Notes under the pieces: generated by a model
What the model was told of the DNA's origin: nothing
What the model saw: only the letters and a program-made list of their open reading frames with translations
Databases searched by the model: none
Shown: positions 58,496 through 64,000 of the stretch, piece by piece
Position numbering within the stretch: the stretch's first letter is position 1
How the letters are laid out: each line of letters opens with the position of its first letter
Program-made: the position numbers and the translations under genes
NCBI GenBank assembly: GCA_951406725.2
Contig: OX597823.1
Span: forward strand, 40,486,001-40,550,000
From: Octopus vulgaris
Taxonomy: Eukaryota
DNA: 64,000 nt
Direction: 5' to 3'

Positions 58496-59589
58496 TGTGA
58501 AACACTTCATCATATACATACATACACACATGCGTACACACGTATGCGCATATATGTATATGGATATTCCTACTTGAAAGACAAGAAGACCCAAACTCTA
58601 TGAGAAAGTACTCAATACATACAGTAGAGTAAATACATTTTAATACAAACGGAAATATAATATATTTAAATTATATACTACAGGGAAATAAGGATCCTCA
58701 GTCATGCTTGCTTCTCTTTAGAATTGGTCCGACTGATTCTGAAGAGAAGGAAATGGAACTGGCATTATAACTGTCAATACATACATGCACACATGTATGT
58801 ATTGCGTGTGTGTGTGTGCGCGCGCGTTGTTAGAGCTCCTAATTTGTAAATGCATAAGTATATATGCATATATCTGCCTATATATGTGCATGTATAGATG
58901 TGCATATAAGTATTATATAAACGCGCGCACTTACATCTATACACAAACATGACTATATAGATACACAGACACACTCATAATACATACATACTTAAACACA
59001 TGCATACATACATGCATACATGCATATATACTATATATATACTATATGTTTGTACATAGTTCTATTTCAAATTCTGCCTCCAAGTGAAATCGAAGCATTT
59101 GTAGAGGACATGAATGGTATCATATCCAAGTAATTTAGGGGTTTGAAGACCTTCGATTGATTGAGATTACTGGCCAAAAACTTCCTCTAAAATCAAGACA
59201 ACAATAGTCGAGGTGGGTAACTCTGATTAGTTCGACTGACTGAAATTTTGGGAAAACAATTTCTACCGACTACGTTGTTATTGAGGAAATGAATCATGGG
59301 AGAACGTTGGAACTTAAGCGTCTTTCCACAACCAAGCTCAAGATCTTTGCTTTACAGTATTTGCTGTCTTAAACAGTCCATCAAGCTACAGACTGTTCCT
59401 CCTCCCGCAGTCATCTTCGTGTGCGTGCGTGTCTGTGTACACCTTTCGCTTTAAAAAAAAAGTAGGTGAATGAGCAGTCAATAGTTTTATATTAATTTTC
59501 TTGAATCCCACGACACATAAGCGCGGTTAAATTAAGAAAATCATAACATTGGAAACTAGCAATCTTGATAGGAAGAGACAAGTTCATAA

Positions 59590-59746
59590 CACAGACCCCA
59601 ATACTTGACTAATACTTAAATTTATCGACCCAAAGGGATAAAAGGCAATTTTGGCCTATGCAGGATTTGAACTCAGAACGTAAAGAGCCGAGTGTAATGT
59701 AGCTAAGTACTTTTGGCCCGACGTTCTGACGATTCTGCCAGCTCAC
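59590..59746 (-). mobile_element. SINE family B
   Basis: ttatcgacccaaagggataaaaggcaa..gatttgaactcagaacgtaaa..cgattctgccagctcaccg. Confidence 0.8.
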
Positions 59747-60384
59747 CGATTGCTCAAGGAACAGATTCGAATTGAAAAGTCTAATATATATCACGTGTAC
59801 GATGAACAGGATCGCAGCAAAATATAGTGTTGAATTGTTACTCGTAAGGCCGATTGCAGGAAACCTTCGGGTCCGGATGTGTACAAAAATATGAATATAT
59901 ACGCATATTTAATGAAAAGAAAATTACGTATTCTCAGTGGAACTCGATCTGACGCCTTGGTTTACATATATACTCTGTCATTTTATACGACGTCGTACGG
60001 CTCCTGTTTTCTTTCCCTAATTTTAGTTATCATCTGATAATAATTTAACACCTCGAGTCTCTGATATTCATTCCGTCCCATCGGAGCCGTAATACTATGC
60101 TCAAGCAACTTTAATCGTGTTTCGTTTCATAATTAAATCAGAGCAGAGATAAATTTATTGAGATAATTAGAAATAAATGTCTAAAATATACACTAATTAA
60201 TTTGCAAACGAATTAAGATTCTCTCAAAAAATGTATATATTATTGTATATGTATATATTAAATTAATGATATACAGTGACAAGTCCTTGTAAATTGAAAT
60301 CAAATCTATGTTGCAATTATTATCCATATCGCACGCGCGCATACACTCATTAATGCCATAGAAATAACGTTGAATGAAATATAG

Positions 60385-61200
60385 TTACGTGTAATCGTAT
60401 TTAACGTGTTTGACTACATTAGGAGATGGAAAGACAATACGCTGCGCAAGTTGTCTCCGGAGAAGGAATTCTCTTTCTAGATTATATGGGAATAAGCACA
60501 CCAATTGGTCACGAATGATGTCACCTGATCGTAGGACGCATACGTTGCTGCGTTGTGATGCTTCATTAGACATGTCTAACGAGCTATCTGTCATGACTGG
60601 GAAAAGCTTGTTAATGCTTTTCGGACATCGCCAAATACACGTTTTGCTATTCTAATATACGAGTGACCAGCTCTCAGTGGCCATGAATAACGGCTCGGTA
60701 TACATAGTTGATAAAGTATAACGAAGCAGAAACGCATGCGCCCTATGGTCCGGTGAATCATTTATGACATAAGGATATGTTTACACCCATATTATAAATA
60801 AGGAGAATTTGTTCTCTCAAGACACCTTGAACAGTGTATTCTTTTTTTCATGTCAGAAACAAGTTTTTGGTAGAAAAGGAGGATCGGGGCATGAGCGCCG
60901 AGATACAGCTGATAGCGGCGGTTTGAGGGTCAGGCAACGTTGACAGTTATTTTAATACATTCCATGGGTCATCGAACTTGCTTCTTTTCCATTGAACTCG
61001 TTTAGATATCGATGTATTTTGGATTTATTCTGGGCTTACCGTGAACAGAACCATTTCCATAAGTTCCTCTGCTGTACATGACGTTTTGAATTCTACACAA
61101 AATCTAAGAACAAAGTAGAAATAGTTTAACAAAATATTCAAGAACATTTTGCTTGTTTCCTTCAACATTTTTTTTAAGTCACAGGAGAAGTCTGTGCCTT
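60385..61200 (-). mobile_element. Possible ancient PIF/Harbinger transposase remnant
   Basis: Scattered minus-strand peptides in expected order: QWKRSKFDDPWN, YPYVI..AHAFLLRYTL, VCVL; heavily eroded, no TIR found. Confidence 0.35.
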
Positions 61201-62437
61201 TGACTTTTTCACAGGACTTTCGAGAATTGCGAGAGAGCCGAAAGAAGGGATTCTTAAAACAGAGACCTTACATGATCTTTTCGTCAATTCCGGTAAATGA
61301 ATACACCGAAGACGCCAGATAGCGGTCCTAAAGCTACTGGTTTAAACTGACTATATTCTAATTAATTTTGAAAATAATGAAGACTTTAGTAAAATAACTT
61401 TGTTGCTATTAATTAATCTGATGTTTAAAATGCAAATTAACATGAAATTTTGATGGAAGATTTTAATTTAGATCCCTTTAAAGCCAAAAGTTTGTATCAT
61501 GGAATCAATTGCTGTCTCGAGCGGGTTGGTATCAAAACTGATAAGTTTGTCTCTTTATTCTTCGTTTTGCTATTAAAAGAAATACTTTTAAGTTATCTAC
61601 TTTCTATATAACCTGTATATGAAGCTACATTGTTGCGGTTTTGACTTATATATACTTATTTTGAGTACCTCGCACACTAACAGCTCATACATACACGCTG
61701 TAAATGTATTGATACACACACATACCCTCAGACACGCGCATAGACACACATTAATGCACTCACAAACAGATTACACAAACCACATTCGCTTACTCGCAAG
61801 CACACGCACATATACACATACGCGCGGTGGTTGTCCGTCATTTTGATGAGAGGAATAAATAACTTTAAAGAAAGAACCAACGGAAAAAAAAATGACATTC
61901 TTGGAAGAAAAGACAAACGTAGAATTGGTGAAGGAAGATCAGGTTGTACGAAGAGGAGTGTGAGGGGAGAAAAAAACCCACAGATGTTGTAAAGAAATAA
62001 TAATAATAAAAGAAGAAGAAAAGAAAATATATAAAAACAAAGAATGATGGGAGGAAAATAACAGAAGCAAAAACAACATTAATACAAGAAAACAAGAAAA
62101 GTGGGGTGGGGGTTAGGGAAGGGGAAGGAGGATACAAAATAATGGGAAAAAAAGATGAAAGAGAAAGGTTAGAAATAAAATGTGATTGAATAAAGAATAT
62201 GAAAGAATGAAGAATAAAAGAAAGAGGTGAAATGATAATGGGGGGGGGGGGGTGAGAGTGGGGAAGAACAATAGAAGAAAAAATACTCTTACACTCCCTC
62301 ACTACACACAATTTTTTAATGCGTATGTGGAAATATATGTGAGTGTACATATGCATATACATACACACATGCAAACATAAACGCATATATATATACATAC
62401 ATACGTATATATATATACATAAACATACATACATACC

Positions 62438-62531
<94 letters not shown>

Positions 62532-62899
62532 TATACGCGTAAGTACGTACAAGTACACACGCACGTATTTGATGCACATATATAGCTATTTCTGTCTAAG
62601 GTATAAATATATATATATATATATGTGTGTGTGTTTGTGTGTGTGTATGTGTGTGTGTGTGGTGGGGTATGTAAACGAACATATATGCATATTGACATAA
62701 ACAACAAACATGTATGTATACGTACCAAAAATACGCCACGCCAATAACATCGTCATCACAGTCTACAGTGCACGTTACTAACACACAAGGTGGCGCTGTG
62801 TAACAAATTGTTAATATTCTGGTACAGTCTTCGTTTTGTATTCGTCTCTATCATATGCTGAATCAATTGAAACTATTACTGTGTCAACAGGCGTTCTGT

Positions 62900-63105
62900 A
62901 CGTGACCGTTCAACCTGTTAGAAACAGCAACCTAATGTCTTACAAATAATATCATTCGGCTGTAAAACTGGACACGAAGGATATTGCTGTTGGGGTGGCG
63001 GAATCTAAAAAAAGGGTTGTGATGGTAAGGGCTGGATTACTGATGATTATAGACCTGCTCTATCAAGGCTACAAGGCTGACATGGGGCTAAGCAGTAACA
63101 ACAAA
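62900..63105 (+). mobile_element. Repeat family E copy
   Basis: caacctgttagaaacagcaacc..agacctgctctatcaaggct..ggggctaagcagtaacaac. Confidence 0.55.
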
Positions 63106-63564
63106 GAGTGAGATCGCAGGCATTCTTCTTGGATTTATAATTTATATCCTGGAATCAGCACGAAAACCATATCCCAGAAACAGCTGTAAAGAAAGGCCTG
63201 CACGTTCCATTTCTTTGCTTGGAAGTTTTTGAACAATGATTCCCATGATTCTTACTCACCTATCTCTGTTGAACTAACGCGAAGGCCTACTTAAATTCTA
63301 TTCTATCCCATCAACATCCTTAATGTAGAAACCTTTTGGATTTATACCTGTCTGTGAAGAATCACAACGAACTTTCACCTCTCTGAATTCCCTTATTTTT
63401 CTACTCACTTTTGTGTAGATGTTATAAATGGCATAATACCTTAGAAATAACTTATCGATTTTACTTAGCCCGGATCTTATCTACTCCATTCTTTAATTCT
63501 TGCATTCTTATTCGCACACCCGGCAGTGTCTAGTGCAATGAATGTGGGCAATAAAGTCTAACTG

Positions 63565-64000
63565 ACCAGTATCAGATACCGCACATGAAACATTCTTGAT
63601 TTACTGAAATTTTCTCCCCTCCGAGAGAATGGTAAAGAAAATACCTTGTGGTAATTGCAAACAACTGAAAATGAGAAGGGGAGATAATCTCAAGAATAAT
63701 GAAATATCTGAAACTGACATATCATTACAGACTCTGATAAATTGTCGTTTCCGACTCTATAAGCGTCATCAGAACAACAATTGCTCACTTGAGTTCCAGA
63801 TACGTAAGACAAAGGCATATACAAAAATAGAAGACACGTTGTTTACATTCCTGTGTAAATATGTTGATACCCTTAATATTTCGTTTCAAGTCGTCCCTGA
63901 ACGGGCACACACGCGAAGAAAGATGTTCTAGCCATGACCATTCCTTAAAGATTCGCACCCCGATTCTTTTCAATCTTGAAATAGCCAGACAGTAGAAGCA
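63565..64000 (+). mobile_element. Possible degenerate LINE APE-endonuclease remnant
   Basis: Weak: RT*NILDL (cf. TWNVRTL) and EISET (cf. GISET); unique non-microsatellite sequence. Confidence 0.25.

Noticed and set aside
61335-61545. piggyBac-like MITE fragment
   Set aside because: Resembles a repeat I recall, but there is only one copy and no paired TIR or TTAA ends in the window

Overview
This is AT-rich eukaryotic non-coding DNA, not prokaryotic: I found no operons, CRISPR arrays, rRNA or intact tRNA genes. The extreme (TA)n/(TG)n/(TATC)n/(TATG)n density and the repeat repertoire suggest an octopus or other coleoid cephalopod genome (inference). Almost all ORFs in the supplied track are microsatellite read-throughs. 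The recognisable content is transposable elements: R4/Dong-type LINE fragments stacked in (TAA)n, a Penelope-like element (GIY-YIG), a Gypsy integrase plus probable 3' LTR, several dead Tc1/mariner elements (DD34D, DD37D, DD38D-like), RTE and CR1/Jockey-type LINE remnants, a possible Harbinger remnant, and about five SINE-like families in many copies. The most notable signal is a dispersed set of short elements carrying type-I hammerhead ribozyme motifs (CUGANGA-stem II-GAAA-stem III-UH). They are often paired as inverted arms and include core variants (U4C, A6U) and one stem-I covariation. One is a tRNA-headed, fold-back, hammerhead-bearing element flanked by a 13-bp target-site duplication. 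No intact host protein-coding gene could be established; weak candidate exons and a promoter-like island are flagged. All motif calls were made by eye, and the ends of degenerate repeats are approximate.
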